Shown here one piece after another: positions 11,780 to 23,447 of a stretch of 64,000 bases of DNA. Both the position numbers and the translations under genes were made by a program. Positions within the stretch are counted from its first letter, which is position 1; every line of letters starts with the position of its first letter. Source of the stretch: Gekko japonicus (lineage: Eukaryota); the NCBI RefSeq assembly GCF_001447785.1, contig NW_015163618.1, positions 505,942 through 569,941 of the forward strand. Reading direction: 5' to 3'. Below the pieces are notes generated by a model. The model was not told the origin of the DNA and searched no databases. It saw only the letters and a program-made list of their open reading frames with translations.

Positions 11780-12372
11780 AAGGTAAAGGTTCCCTTGCTC
11801 AAAATCCAGTTGAATCAGACTCTATGGTTGCGGTGCTCATCTCCATTTCCAAGCCGAAGAGCCATGGGCACTCCATGAAACTGCAGAGCGGTCGGGTTAG
11901 AACGGATAAAAGGAAGTACTTCTTCACCCAAAGAGTGATTAACACATGGAATTCACTGCCACAGGAAGTGGTGGGTGCTACAAGCATGGACGGCTTCAAA
12001 AGGGAATTAGATAAGCATATGGAGCGGAGGTCCATCAGTGGCTATTAGCCACAAGGTATAGCTAGGGGCTCTGGGGCAAGTGATGCTCTGTCTTCTTGGT
12101 GCTTGGGGGGGGGTCATCAGTGGGAGGGCTTCTAATGTCCTGGCCCCACTGCTGGACCTCCTGATGGCACTGGTATTTCTGGCCACTGTGTGACACAGAG
12201 TGTTGGACTGGATGGGCCTTTGGCCTGATCCAACATTGGCGTCTCTTATGTTCTTATGTTCTTAGTGCTGTCCAAAGACGTTTCCGTGGTCATGTGGCCA
12301 GCATGACTAAACACCAAGGCGCACGGAATGCTGTTACCTTCCCACTGAAGCGGTACCTATTTATCTACTTGC
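11780..12372 (-). mobile_element. Sauria SINE, split by a CR1 insertion (11865-12264)
   Basis: AAGGTAAAGGT tail, CGGTGCTCATCTCCATTTCCAAGCCGAAGAGCCA | GTGCTGTCCAAAGAC...GTGGTCATGTGGCCAGCATGACT...TTACCTTCCCAC..GGTACCTATTTATCTACT. Confidence 0.8.
11865..12264 (+). mobile_element. CR1 LINE 3' fragment
   Basis: ORF2 C-terminus GHSMKL..RTDKRKYFFTQRVINTWNSLPQEVV; 3'UTR ends in (CTTATGTT)n. Confidence 0.9.
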
Positions 12373-12672
12373 AATTTCTTGCTTGAGTTAAGGTGCCATG
12401 GTTTAAAATTTATCTTAAGTGGAATCACATTTTATTTATATAAAAGCCCTAACACGTTAGCCATTTCCAGCTCTCCCATTGGCTGTGCTGTGCACTCCAT
12501 CAATAACCTAAAGAGGTAAGTCAAACAGAGTAGAGGGCCAACAATTAAAACTTTTATATATATATATACACACACACACATGTATTTATTAGCAAAAGAA
12601 TTAAAAAACATAAGGGCCCAATTACACCTCATACAAAAATACCAAAATCAAACACACAAGGCCAATAGAATA

Positions 12673-12714
12673 GACCTGACGCATTTCGGCCTGTTCAGGC
12701 CTTCTTCAGAGGTC
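12673..12714 (-). ncRNA. Minimal type I hammerhead ribozyme motif (Penelope-associated)
   Basis: Minus strand: GACCT-CTGAAGA-A-GGCCTG-AA-CAGGCC-GAAA-TGCG-TC-AGGTC. Perfect 5-bp stem I, intact core, GUC cleavage triplet. Confidence 0.75.
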
Positions 12715-13179
12715 AAACACAATGAGGAGCAAATTAGCTTATATCATTATACAAGTACACAATATGGATACAAACTGGACCAGACAAAAATTGCTGTAAA
12801 AAAATAAAATGTGAAATGAAATACATACAATAAAATGAATAAATAAATAATGCCTATATTCAACTAAAAACATATTGACTTACTTCCAAAGTGAAACCAC
12901 TAGGCACAGAATAAAAGTACAAACGAGGCTTCCAGAGATGCAATCACATGCCAAATGATGTTTTACTGATAATAATCTAGACACAAAAAAAATTATAAAC
13001 CAATTCTATCTACAATTTTGAAACTTAATTCAAAAAGTAATTAATAAATACTATTATTTTGTTACTTCTGGTCCAGAAAGTGCCTTCCGATGATTGTTTA
13101 GTTCAAGCCAAAGTGTCCACAGCAAAATTGTTCCTTTATCAAAGAGCAGTGCTGATAGACAAAAGTACTGGAGCTTTAT

Positions 13180-13480
13180 ACCAGGTGAAAAATGATGCAA
13201 TCCTTGAGGAAAGCCTTGAAACAGTCAGGTGTCACTTCACTACAGCTGGCCACAGCGACAGAGACTTCTCTTTCTTCGCTCTGGAATATGTTCTACCTTG
13301 CAACAATATTCAGATGACTCAGTGTTTTAAAACCAGAGAATTGTTTTGGATTCATGCCCTTAAAACTTAAACCCCATATGGTCTAAATGAGCAGGTAGAC
13401 TGGTGTGTGCTATGATTTTATGACAGTTTTAGCATATAGTCTGAAACTTGTATTGTTTTGTAGTTTTAATGTTATGCTGT
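13180..13480 (+). mobile_element. Penelope-like element GIY-YIG endonuclease C-terminal remnant
   Basis: HFTTAGHSDRDFSFFALE...RELFWIHALKT*TPYGLNE resembles the PLE GIY-YIG C-terminal signature (RExxWIxxLxTxxPxGLN). Confidence 0.75.
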
Positions 13481-13507
13481 ATGTGGGATGTGCAGTCACA
13501 TGACACA

Positions 13508-13700
13508 TGGAGATCTCCAGTTATTACAACTGACCTCTAGATGACCAAGATCACTTCTCCTGGAGAAAATGGCTGCTTTGGGCAGTGGACTTTATGGCAT
13601 TATACCCTGCTGAGGTCCCTCCCCACCCCAAACCCTGCCCTCCCCAGGCTCTACCCCTAAAATCTACAGGTATTTCCCAACCCAGAGTTGCCAAACCTGT
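13508..13700. mobile_element. hAT-type non-autonomous element fragment
   Basis: GGAGAAAATGGCTGCTTTGG..GGCATTATACCC..ATTTCCCAACCCAGAGTTGCCAAACC; degenerate TGGCAACCCTA-type terminus. Confidence 0.55.
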
Positions 13701-15725
13701 ACCTGGCTATGGAACCACTTTCCAAACCCTTGGAACCCAGAAAGGAGGAGGTGCTTTTCTACCTTAGCTGCCACTGCATAGCCGCAAATCAACATAAGTC
13801 AGGGATGGAGGGAACCATACGTGTTACCATGTTGCTCTCCTCCCATACTACCCACTTGAGGCAGCAAAATGAGACAGCCCTGCCTTATAGCTATGCAGAA
13901 GGAAATAAACATGGTTTACCTCCCTCTATTTTCCCCTTCCCTCCACTGCTCCACCAGCCAAAGCCAGGATACTCACCTGTAGCCTCTTTCTAGAGGTCAT
14001 TGTATTTATTTCCACAACAGGTCTTACTCCTAGTAAAAAATAATGCATTCTGAGCAGCATCCTTGAGCTCATGTATTTTTGCTTGGGAGCAAAGAAAGAA
14101 AAATATTTGAGAAGTATGGTCTACAGGCACAAACATCCTATCCTTCTGATGCCAAAACTTTAATTAATTACCCACTACTGTTGTCTTGACATGAAAGAAA
14201 TAGAATTCTTCTGAGAATTCCCCCATGCCTTCAGTTCCACCTGGTCAAAGCGGCTAATAAATATATACTGATCGCTATGGTGAGGGAAGCAGTCAAGAAA
14301 CCTGCCATATTTTCATCAAAATTGAGAAATGCTAAGAATATACTGTGTAAATGCTCTTGCTTTGTCCCCACCTGTTAAACGCTAAATTCTTGACTAGAAC
14401 TGGCACAAAAAGACATTTCTACCAACAAGAACTGTGCAGCATTTCCATCTGAAAGCCGTCAGAACTGGGTAACCAAATTCAGCACTATTAACAGAATTGC
14501 AGGTAAACAGATTATAGTTTAGGGCCATTTCATTTCCTCCTTCAGCCTGCATTGTGACTTCAGTATTTAAAAGACCCAAGATGTGTGAATGAGTTAGGTG
14601 TCCAATGCATTCTATTGCATCTCAAATGAACCAATGAAAAGAAGAGCACAAGCCTTGGGGAACCCTGTGTTTAGCCTGACACTGTGTTAATTCCCATACT
14701 TCAGCTATTTTATCTTATAGTGACCAGCATTAATTATCTTTCAAAAAAAAGTATTGCATTCTATAAATTTTAATGTGCCTAAGGGGAAAAACTGTCACCG
14801 TTTTAGAAGCTTTGGACACTTTATGTAACCGCTTAATACACACTAATTTGGCTGTCAGTGTGGAAAATATTAGTGTATTTATAATGACATCAATGGTTTC
14901 AGAAACTGCAATGAAATCATTTAATTTCCTTTTCCTATTAGGCTTCTTTTGCCAAATTGTGTAAACGTTACAAGAAATAAATATTAATTCAGTCCACTCT
15001 TACATTTCTTTTAAATGACATATTTCTGTCAATCTTTGTTTTATTTGTTTCTCACCCAGTTTTTACCAGGGCAGATTGGCCTTTTAACTTCCATGGGAAG
15101 TTTCCTGGAGGGCCATTGCTCTAGAGGGCTGTAGGTGGCCAAGCCCCAGCAACTCTGGCAGCGCCTCAGGGGCCACTTAGGTCAGACTCTTCACTGAGTC
15201 AGCTTACCAATTGTCTCCCACACTACTGCAGTTTTGTGGGATGAAACAAATGGCAAGCCAGTGTGTACAGTTGGCACCATGGAGTTGTGGTCCTTGAGGT
15301 GTTGATTTGTAGCACCACAGGGGCTACTCAGCTGGGCTTGCTCTAGGGACATTTTCACTTCCCAGCCCACTCCTGGCTTTTGTTTAGGGGAAGTTGTGGA
15401 CTGTTTGTTTTATTATTGCCAGCTGTCTTATCTGCTCCTTGAGCCTCTATGCACAAATACTGTGGTTATTCAGCTTGGCCAGAACCAGACTGGAGATCAA
15501 CTCTGCAGAATCTTTATTCAGAATCACATCACCCAATTATAGCTGGGTCAATTCTCTGATGAAAGATATTTTTTATCCTTGAAAATAGAGCAACCAACCT
15601 AAATATCCCACACAGGTATGTGTCAAGCATCGCCCCAGGTGCCATTCTGTTTCCCGGACAAAGTCAAGTAATTTAACATCTATCACAAGGGCTAACCTTA
15701 AGCACCACAATTTAGTGATTAGGAT

Positions 15726-16287
15726 CAGGGTGGATTTGATTTAAATCACTAGTTGGGAAGATTGAATTTAATCATGGTTTTCCAAATAAGTGCATTCTTG
15801 TTGGTGTTACAACCTTTAATACATAAATTTGCAGACGGACAATAGGACTGAGGTCTGTTATTTAGCTATCTCCTCTATATATTAAAACATTTTGTTCACA
15901 ACCATGTTATCTATGGTGACACACAAATTCAAAGTCTGAAAACTGCAAAACTAAGTATCTAGGATGGTCTTCTTTAGACTGAGCACCAAATCCCTTTGGG
16001 TACATGGAAACATTAACCTAAATAATCTATACAGAAGCCTCAAGAAGCCTGTACGATTGGGTCCCTAATCCATGAGTTATTGGAAAGTATATAACTTTTC
16101 TTAAACATCATGAATATATTGTCTCATACTGTAGAATTTACAGTCCATTTTCTGCAGTGAGATATCTTTGATCTATAGTGTATCTTAATTTAAACTATCA
16201 GATAAGTTTTCCCTAAACAAATTATTTTAGCAAAAAATAAATATCAATTTTTAATTTTAAAAATGAACATTGATTTTATCCACCCAG
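15726..16287. mobile_element. hAT DNA transposon derivative, 562 bp
   Basis: TIRs CAGGGTGGAT / ATCCACCCAG; perfect 8-bp TSD ATTAGGAT (15718-15725, 16288-16295); subterminal GATTTAAATC motifs. Confidence 0.85.
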
Positions 16288-16484
16288 ATTAGGATGCAAC
16301 CTGCATTTATTTATTATCCACACTGATGAGGATGCATCCAGCATCTATATACTATTGGCCACCCACGGCCATGATCTGCTGGGATGTAAACCCACAGACC
16401 GGGGCCACACATAGGCTAAACAGATCTTGTTATATTAATTGTTATTAATATAACAATTGTAGATTTTACCTTTATTGATCTAGG

Positions 16485-16690
16485 CAGGGGTGGCCAAACT
16501 GCAGTTCAGGAGCCACATGCTGCTCTTTCACACATATTGTGCGGCTCCCGGCAGGGCGGCTGGGGAAGCGGAGGCATGCCTCCCCGACTAGTCTTCCCTT
16601 CCCCAGCCGGTGTTCCTCTCCTTGGGTAGGATGGAGGGGGGGAGCAGAGAAAGAAAGCAACTTTAAATGCATTCTCAGTGCCCCCCATTG
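16485..16690. mobile_element. hAT (Charlie-like) MITE, one end only
   Basis: CAGGGGTGGCCAAACTG...GGAGCCACATG..GCTCTTTCACACATATTGTGCGGCTC; the other terminus was not found. Confidence 0.55.
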
Positions 16691-18091
16691 AAGTTAACTG
16701 GTTTGTTCATTCCAGTCACCATTGGTTAGCAGAGTGCTAAAATAAAGCTACAAACGCAGGAGCGTCACTTTACCAGGTTACTCAGCTTACAAAGCTACAC
16801 AGAGCCACACTGCAAGTTTAGAAGAGAAATACTTCTCTGTTTGTTTGAGAATAACACTTTGGATAAGAAAGAGGAGAGATTGATAGATTACTAACTTACT
16901 AGCTAAAGGATGGAAGCAGATAGCGAGAGGCCCATCTGCCTCACGGTGCTAAGAGGCCCTCTCTTGGTGCATGCTAGTAGAGAACAAGTCATTCAGAGTG
17001 AGAGAGAAGCAGGAAAAGGGAAATTGGTCCCTGAGATTACAATCTGCTTATCAAAGAGGACAGTGGCAGAAGAGTAGATACAGGAAGAAAGGTCAGTGTG
17101 CCTATCTACCTATCTAGTCTCTCTTGCCACACGGTCCCATCAAACCTCTTTAGAACTACAATCATATTTCTTCCCAAAAAACACACATTCTTTTATTTAA
17201 TGTTTTATGAAGCTCCCTCTCCACTTTGCCGAATTGGTTGAAAGCTTTAAAATATATATGATCATGAAACAACCATGGTGTGCATAAAACAGAATGAGAA
17301 GTACCAATATAAATTCAAGAAAGTTGACAATAATTCTGTTTTGCTGCATCAATCTACCTGACAATTATTACAAAGTTAATACCAACCATCTTGTAGGTGA
17401 CCATGTAAATTAATAGCCTAAAGAAAACTACCTTTAAAATTCAAATACAGCTGAGAGCTAATTTTCACACTGTTGAAAAAAATATTCCATGTAGAAGGTT
17501 GAAGCACTGTCCTTTGTAGGTGCAGCAGCACTTCTGCTTAATCACCCCTCTTGTTCAGATCACACATTGTAACTTGGCACACATTGAACTCCAGGAAACC
17601 ACAGGAGTTTCAAATATTTAAGATTGTATTGCAAATGCTTTGTATCTACTGCGCACATTATTTTACCCATCCTTCATCTTTCTTACATTGGAGAAAAAAA
17701 CCCTTTCTTGGGGGAGGATGAAAAGCTGTTTGGCTTTCTGAAATATACTGGGTTCGGACATGTATAGTGATCAGCTCATAGTTTATTAGTGATTTCAGCT
17801 AAACTCTAAGTCAACTCTAGCAGGGCCGGAGCCCTGCTTAAATGCGTGCAAAACACCACATCCAACACCCACCCACTCCCAGTGATAGGCTATTTACAAG
17901 ATAACTCCCGTTCAATAGGTCCCTCTCAAGATCCTAGTAGTCTATTGTTTAAGTGTTCAAGCTAGGTCAGTTCTCTGGTGCACTTTGAGCTTAATACATA
18001 ACACTTTCTATTTTAGTTTTGCCCATTTTGCTTGGCTAACTTGGTGGTCATTTGGGGGATCTGACCCCCAAATACTTTGTACCTGCACATT

Positions 18092-19650
18092 TTTACACTG
18101 CTTTTCCCCATGCACCAAGAATAAGAGCATCACTGCCTCAGAGAGAGTGTTCCATCTATACCTTGTGGCTAACAGTCACTCATGGACCTCTGCTCCATAT
18201 ACTTATCCAGTTCCCTCTTGAAGCTGTCTATGCTTGTATCTGCCACCACTTCCTGTAGCAGTGAATTCCATATGTTAATTACTCTCTGGGTAAAGAAGTA
18301 CTTCCTTTTATCTGTTAAGCATACTGCTCATTAATTTCATTGACTGCCCACAAATTCTTGTAATGTGAGAAATGGAGAAAAGTACTTCTTTCTCTACTTT
18401 CTCTATCACATGCATAATTTTATAAACCTCTGTCATGTTACCTTTCAATCGTTTCTCTAAGCTAAACAGCCCTAACCTCTTTAACCTTTCTTCATGAGGA
18501 AGAAAGAGATCCACAAGTCCATCCCCTTAATCATTTCAGTTGTCCTTTTCTGCACTTGTTCCAATGCTATGATATCTTTTTGAGGTGCACTGACCAGAAC
18601 TGTACACAATATTCCAAATGAGGCAGCACCATAGATTTATATAGAGGCATTATGATACTGGCTGATTTGTTTTCAATTTACTTCCTAATAATCCCCAGCA
18701 TAGCATTTCTGTTTTTTATTGCCGTCGCACACTGAGTCGACATTTTCAGTGCGTTATTTACCATGACTCTCTCCTGGTCAGTTACCGCCAGTTCAGATCC
18801 CATCATCATATATTTATAGTTAGGATTATTGGCTCCAATGTGCATTATTTTACACTTGCCGATGTTGAACCTCATTTGCCACTCACCCAGCCTCAACAGA
18901 TCCATTTGGAGCACCTCACAATCCTCCCTGATTCTCACTGCCCTGAACAATTTAGTGTCATCTGCAAACTTAGCCACTTCACTGCTTACTCCCAAGTCCA
19001 AATCATTAATGAACAAGTTAAAAAGCACTGGACCTAGTACTGAACCCACTGCTTACCACCTTCCACTGTGAAAACTGCCCGTTTATAGGCTGTGATCACA
19101 CACACTCAATAATCCACTTTCAATGCACTTTCCAACTGGATTTTTACTGTGTGAACTGGCAAAATCCAGTTTGAAAGTGCATTGAAAGTGCACTGAAAGT
19201 GGATTATTGAGTGTGTGTGAGCACAGCCATAGTCAATCTCTGTTTCCTGTTAATTAACCAGTTTTTCATCCACAAGAGGACTTGTCTTCTTATCCCATGA
19301 ATGCTGAGTAAACAACATCTACTGGATCTCCCTTGTCCACATGTTTGTTCCCCCCCAAAAAAAGAACTCTAAAAGGTTAGTAAGACAAGATCTTCCCTTA
19401 CAGAATCCATGCTGATTCTTCCTCAGTAGCTTTTGTTCATCAATGTGCCTACTAATTCTATCTTTAATAATGGCCTGTAATTTCATGGATCTCCTCTGGA
19501 ACCTTCTTAAAAGATGAGGGTTACATTAGCTACCTTCCAGTCCTCAGGAGTGGAGGCAAATTTTAGTATAGATTGCATATTTTTGTTAGGTGATCCACAA
19601 GTTCACATTTGAGTTTTTTCAGAACTCTTGGATATATGCCATCTGGGCCT
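18092..19650 (-). mobile_element. CR1 LINE, 5'-truncated and degenerate, with RT domain
   Basis: GSVLGPVLFNLFINDLDLGVSSEVAKFADDTKLFR; HEERLKRLGLFSLEKR; frameshifts and stops. Confidence 0.9.
19088..19228. mobile_element. Palindromic Harbinger-type MITE inserted in CR1
   Basis: GGCTGTGATCACACACACTCAATAATCCACTTTCA ... TGAAAGTGGATTATTGAGTGTGTGTGAGCACAGCC; 3-bp TSD ATA. Confidence 0.85.
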
Positions 19651-19834
19651 GATCAGCAAGATTGGAGCTCCTGTTACAGCCCAGGTTGACCTATAGAATA
19701 CAGAGAAGACCCGGGATGTGGACATTGTGTCTGCCCAATGCCATCAGCAGAACTTTTATTGGTTGTGAAGGGGCATTTGTCTCAAGCCCAGGAGGATGTC
19801 GATCCTGGATGTAGTTCTGACTGCTTTGACAGAG

Positions 19835-20010
19835 ATGGTTGTGAGATCCCTAGGATCTAGGATTGAATCCCCTCTCTGCCATGGAGACTTGCTGGGTGAT
19901 CTTAGGTCAGTCACTCTCTCACATTCTGATCTACCTCCAGGGTTATTGTAAGGATAAAATGGTGGAAAGAATTATACTTTAGGTCCCCTTTGGGGAAAAA
20001 TAAAATAAAA
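19835..20010 (+). mobile_element. MIR/CORE-like squamate SINE (old)
   Basis: GAATCCCCTCTCTGCCATGGA..GCTGGGTGATCTTAGGTCAGTCACTCTCTC..CTACCTC..GGGTTATTGTAAGGATAAAATGG. Confidence 0.65.
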
Positions 20011-20891
20011 GTTACAACATATTTGTAGGAGGGCTTTTGTCCTGAGAAGATTGTGGGAGAGTATAAATAAATTAAATACCACTTTACTGTCTTTCCTTTA
20101 TATATTTTGCAGTGTTGCTCTTCAACCTAAATTTTATTGTATTAATCTTTTAAAGATATTCTAGCCATAGAGGATACGGTTTTTTATCACAAAGATTCAT
20201 ATGCAGACTCAAAAGCATATCCAGACAATTAAAATAAGGACATATTCCCTGATAGGAGGGGTACCTAATAGAAAAGGATGCCACCTTCTTTCCCTTGTAA
20301 TATTGAGAAAGGAATGGGTTAAGTTTCCATCTGAAAAGCAAAAACACTCCAAATGCAAGAAGGTACATTTGTTCAAAGATTTTTTGTGCATTGTAAGAAG
20401 TATGAGTTCAGCTGATACAGGCAAAGAAAAGCTCAGCTGGAGGTATATGTTCAGAAATTCTACACGGATATAGAAATTGGAAAGGTCTGTGTCTCCTATC
20501 AGATATTTAGAGGGGTCACAAACAATAAAGCCCTTCAGAATACTGTGAGGAACACAAAAAGTCCCTGGAGTAAAGATGAAGATTTAAAATCTCAAATTTA
20601 ATTTTTAAAAGTGTAACATCTGTAATGTGAGTTGCTCTGAAAATAGGCTGAAAGGCACAGGGTGGATGTGTCGATTGTGCTTTTTGGCCTGCTTCACATA
20701 CACTAGATTGGGGGGGGGGATTCTTTAACATACTTGTTTAATAAAGGCTTTTAATGTGGTCTGTTGCACAGCCTCCAGCATGCACCTTAAAGGGAGTTAG
20801 TCAACGCCCTCCAGAACACCGAACAACTAGAAATGATACAGGTTTAGGGGCTTATATAATATAACCATTGTAAACTCTCCTTAGACTCAGG

Positions 20892-21063
20892 TGGGTAGCT
20901 GTATTGGTCTGAAGCGGCAGAAGAAAGTCTGAGTCCAGTGGCACCTTTAAGACCAACAAAGTTGTATTCTGAATCTAAGTTTTTGTGTGCATGCACACTT
21001 AAGCTTACACCCAGAATAAAACTTTGTTGGTCTTAAAGTTGCCACTGGACTCAAACTTTGTTC
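20892..21063. mobile_element. Inverted (fold-back) pair of Penelope pseudo-LTR fragments
   Basis: GAGTCCAGTGGCACCTTTAAGACCAACAAAGT ... ACTTTGTTGGTCTTAAAGTTGCCACTGGACTC, around GTGTGCATGCACAC. Confidence 0.75.
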
Positions 21064-23447
21064 AACCTCTCCTTAACTAAGCATATACTCTAATATTTAG
21101 GAAGGCACATACTCTCGTCAACCAAAACGTTTTCTCTGTGTGTCTTCCTGATAAAGTTCTGTATTCAGAAAACAAGGTCATTGTCAGCTGAGGCTTGGGG
21201 TTCAGGGCACTCTAAGTCCAAGCTCTCTGCTATGGGCATATTGTCTTTTGCCTGCAGTGTGTTATAAGATATGCTCAAAGTGCACATGCAAATGCAGCTT
21301 CGACTTATCTCAAACTCAAAAAGGGATCTCAAAAGAAATCCTTCAGTTCAAGAACTCAGGGAGTTTAAGTCTTTGGACAGTGTTATCGAACCTTGTGATA
21401 CTTATATTAATGTAAATTACAATAAGCAAACTTCAGATGTCTTCTTTCTTTTTTCATAGTGTAGTGGACTGGGCCTGCATCAGCTGGTGGGCCTCGCTCT
21501 GCCTACCCCTCCTTTGCCTGACCTGGCACCTGAAGGGGCCGTTTCACTCCACTGCCTCAGGGTATTGCTGCCACCACTGTCCCTGTCTTGGGCTCTGGTC
21601 AGGCAGGACAGCCTCCTAACCTCCCTCTGGCATCCCTAGGAACTTGCCTTGGGGCTTCCCAGGGATCTTTGGGGTTCCCCTGGAGAGTTGGCAGCTGGTC
21701 ATTTTACAACTCTTCTCCCTTTGAATTCCCTGGCCTGCTCCTAGTGTTTCCAAGTGGCTAGGAGAACTATGTGATACAGAGGGACTTCACTCCTTCAACA
21801 ATCAACAGATTTAAAACTCTCAACTATATATACAGGCACATCAGAAGTGAATGGAAGAAATAAAATAACATTGACAAAAATGCTTCATCTCTCTCCCTCC
21901 TCTACATTCACGTCGTATCTAGGTGGCATGCAGGGCAGGTACATTTAGGGCTGCCAAGCCGCGGCGGGGGATCTGCAAGTCTTCACAGGATCCCTGACGC
22001 GGGGGACAGCGATACGCGTTGCGCCGCCGTCGCCAGATCTGATTCTATTCTACAGGATTGTACTGAGTGTTTTCTCAAATTGGGCAGGGGAAACACACAC
22101 ACTCAGACCGGATTATTTTCTGTACATCTCCTGCCACCCATCGTCTCCCTCCCCAACCATTTTTGGCCATTTTTCCTGCTTTACCTTTACAGAAATCCAA
22201 ACCAACAACAGCCCGGAGTCTGGCTTTCCTCCAGTCAGAGAGCACCCTAAAACTGCCCAGTCATATATTACTGGAAACTTGGCTCAATGATAAGATAGGT
22301 TCCAAAATGGCCATCCATAGAATTTGGCCCCTCTAGTAAATGCTTAAGGGAAAATAAGATAAAAATAGCATCCCAACAAAAGAGAAACTAGGTTCAATCT
22401 GATCCCCCAAGGATTGCTTCTCCACCATTGAAATCACTGGACAGATCTTCACATGGACATTTCCTCTTACTACTTTGGAACTTCTTCAGCTGCATTCAGA
22501 TTTTTGGATCATGCATCTTAAAGCCACTGTCACCAGTTGTGCTTGTCCAAGGAAAAGTTTTAATAAAGTTTTTCACGTGGTCTACTGCACTGCCTCCAGC
22601 ATAGATCTTGAAGACAGTTAAACAGTCAGAATGAAGCCAAACACTCAGGTGTGCAAAACAGCACGAGCCACTGGTAGAGGGTGCTTATATAACCATTACA
22701 ACTGTGTAGTACGTCCATGTAATGTTGCAAAGATTACATATCCATGTACAGGAGGCTTGGGGGAAGGGAGATGGGGGGGGCATGTCCTGTGTGCTGCTAT
22801 ATCTCTTATGAGGCAAATCTGAAAGTGACATAGGGTAGCTCTAGGAATTGCCGGAAACTCTTCTAGTTTTCCCTGGAAGTGACGTAGCACCTCTAACAAC
22901 ACTGGGTTTGTTTGTTTTGTTTTTTTAAAATTCTACTGTTGCCACTTGGGAGTGCTGGTGGACAAAGAGGGCTGCCAGTGGGAGGCCTCCCACCACAGTG
23001 GAAAGCCTGGCAGCCCTACCCACAGAGTTTCCAAAACCCTGGCAAGAGCCCTAATAAAGCTTAGGTCATTGTTGCCTAATCAACCTAATTGACAGGCTTG
23101 CCAGGGCAACTCAAATGATGGCCTAACTTGTGAAAAATAGAATTTTTTTGAGAGTTCCGGAACTCTTACAGGACATGTATGGCTTATCTAAGGAAGAGAG
23201 GGCAAGGAGCATTCGCTGCTCCAGCTTCCAGGTGGAGGGAATGTTAGAGGTGGTTGTGGTGAGTGTCCTCAGGCAGCAAAATGGCTTGGGCCAGCACTGG
23301 GGGTCAAACATCCATTATCAGATAGCTATCTAAGTGTATAGTCAGTCACACATGATAAAATTTCAGTACCGTATTACTCAGGGTCTCCCTAGTCACACAT
23401 ACATAAGAATGTTAGTTTGTGTATTAAAAGAGTACCATACCAAACAG

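Noticed and set aside
14398-14502. Plus-strand 105-nt open candidate exon (LAQKDISTNKNCAAFPSESRQNWVTKFSTINRIA)
   Set aside because: Weak acceptor, no recognisable homology, and no partner exons or promoter; consistent with chance.
16689-17160. Solo LTR (TG...CA)
   Set aside because: No matching TSD and no second copy; cannot be supported. The same applies to ~43034-43720.
21946-23018. Single 1.07-kb hAT element bounded by TAGGGCTGCCA/TGGCAGCCCTA
   Set aside because: Flanking 8-mers do not match, and the interior looks like unrelated unique DNA; probably two separate fragments.
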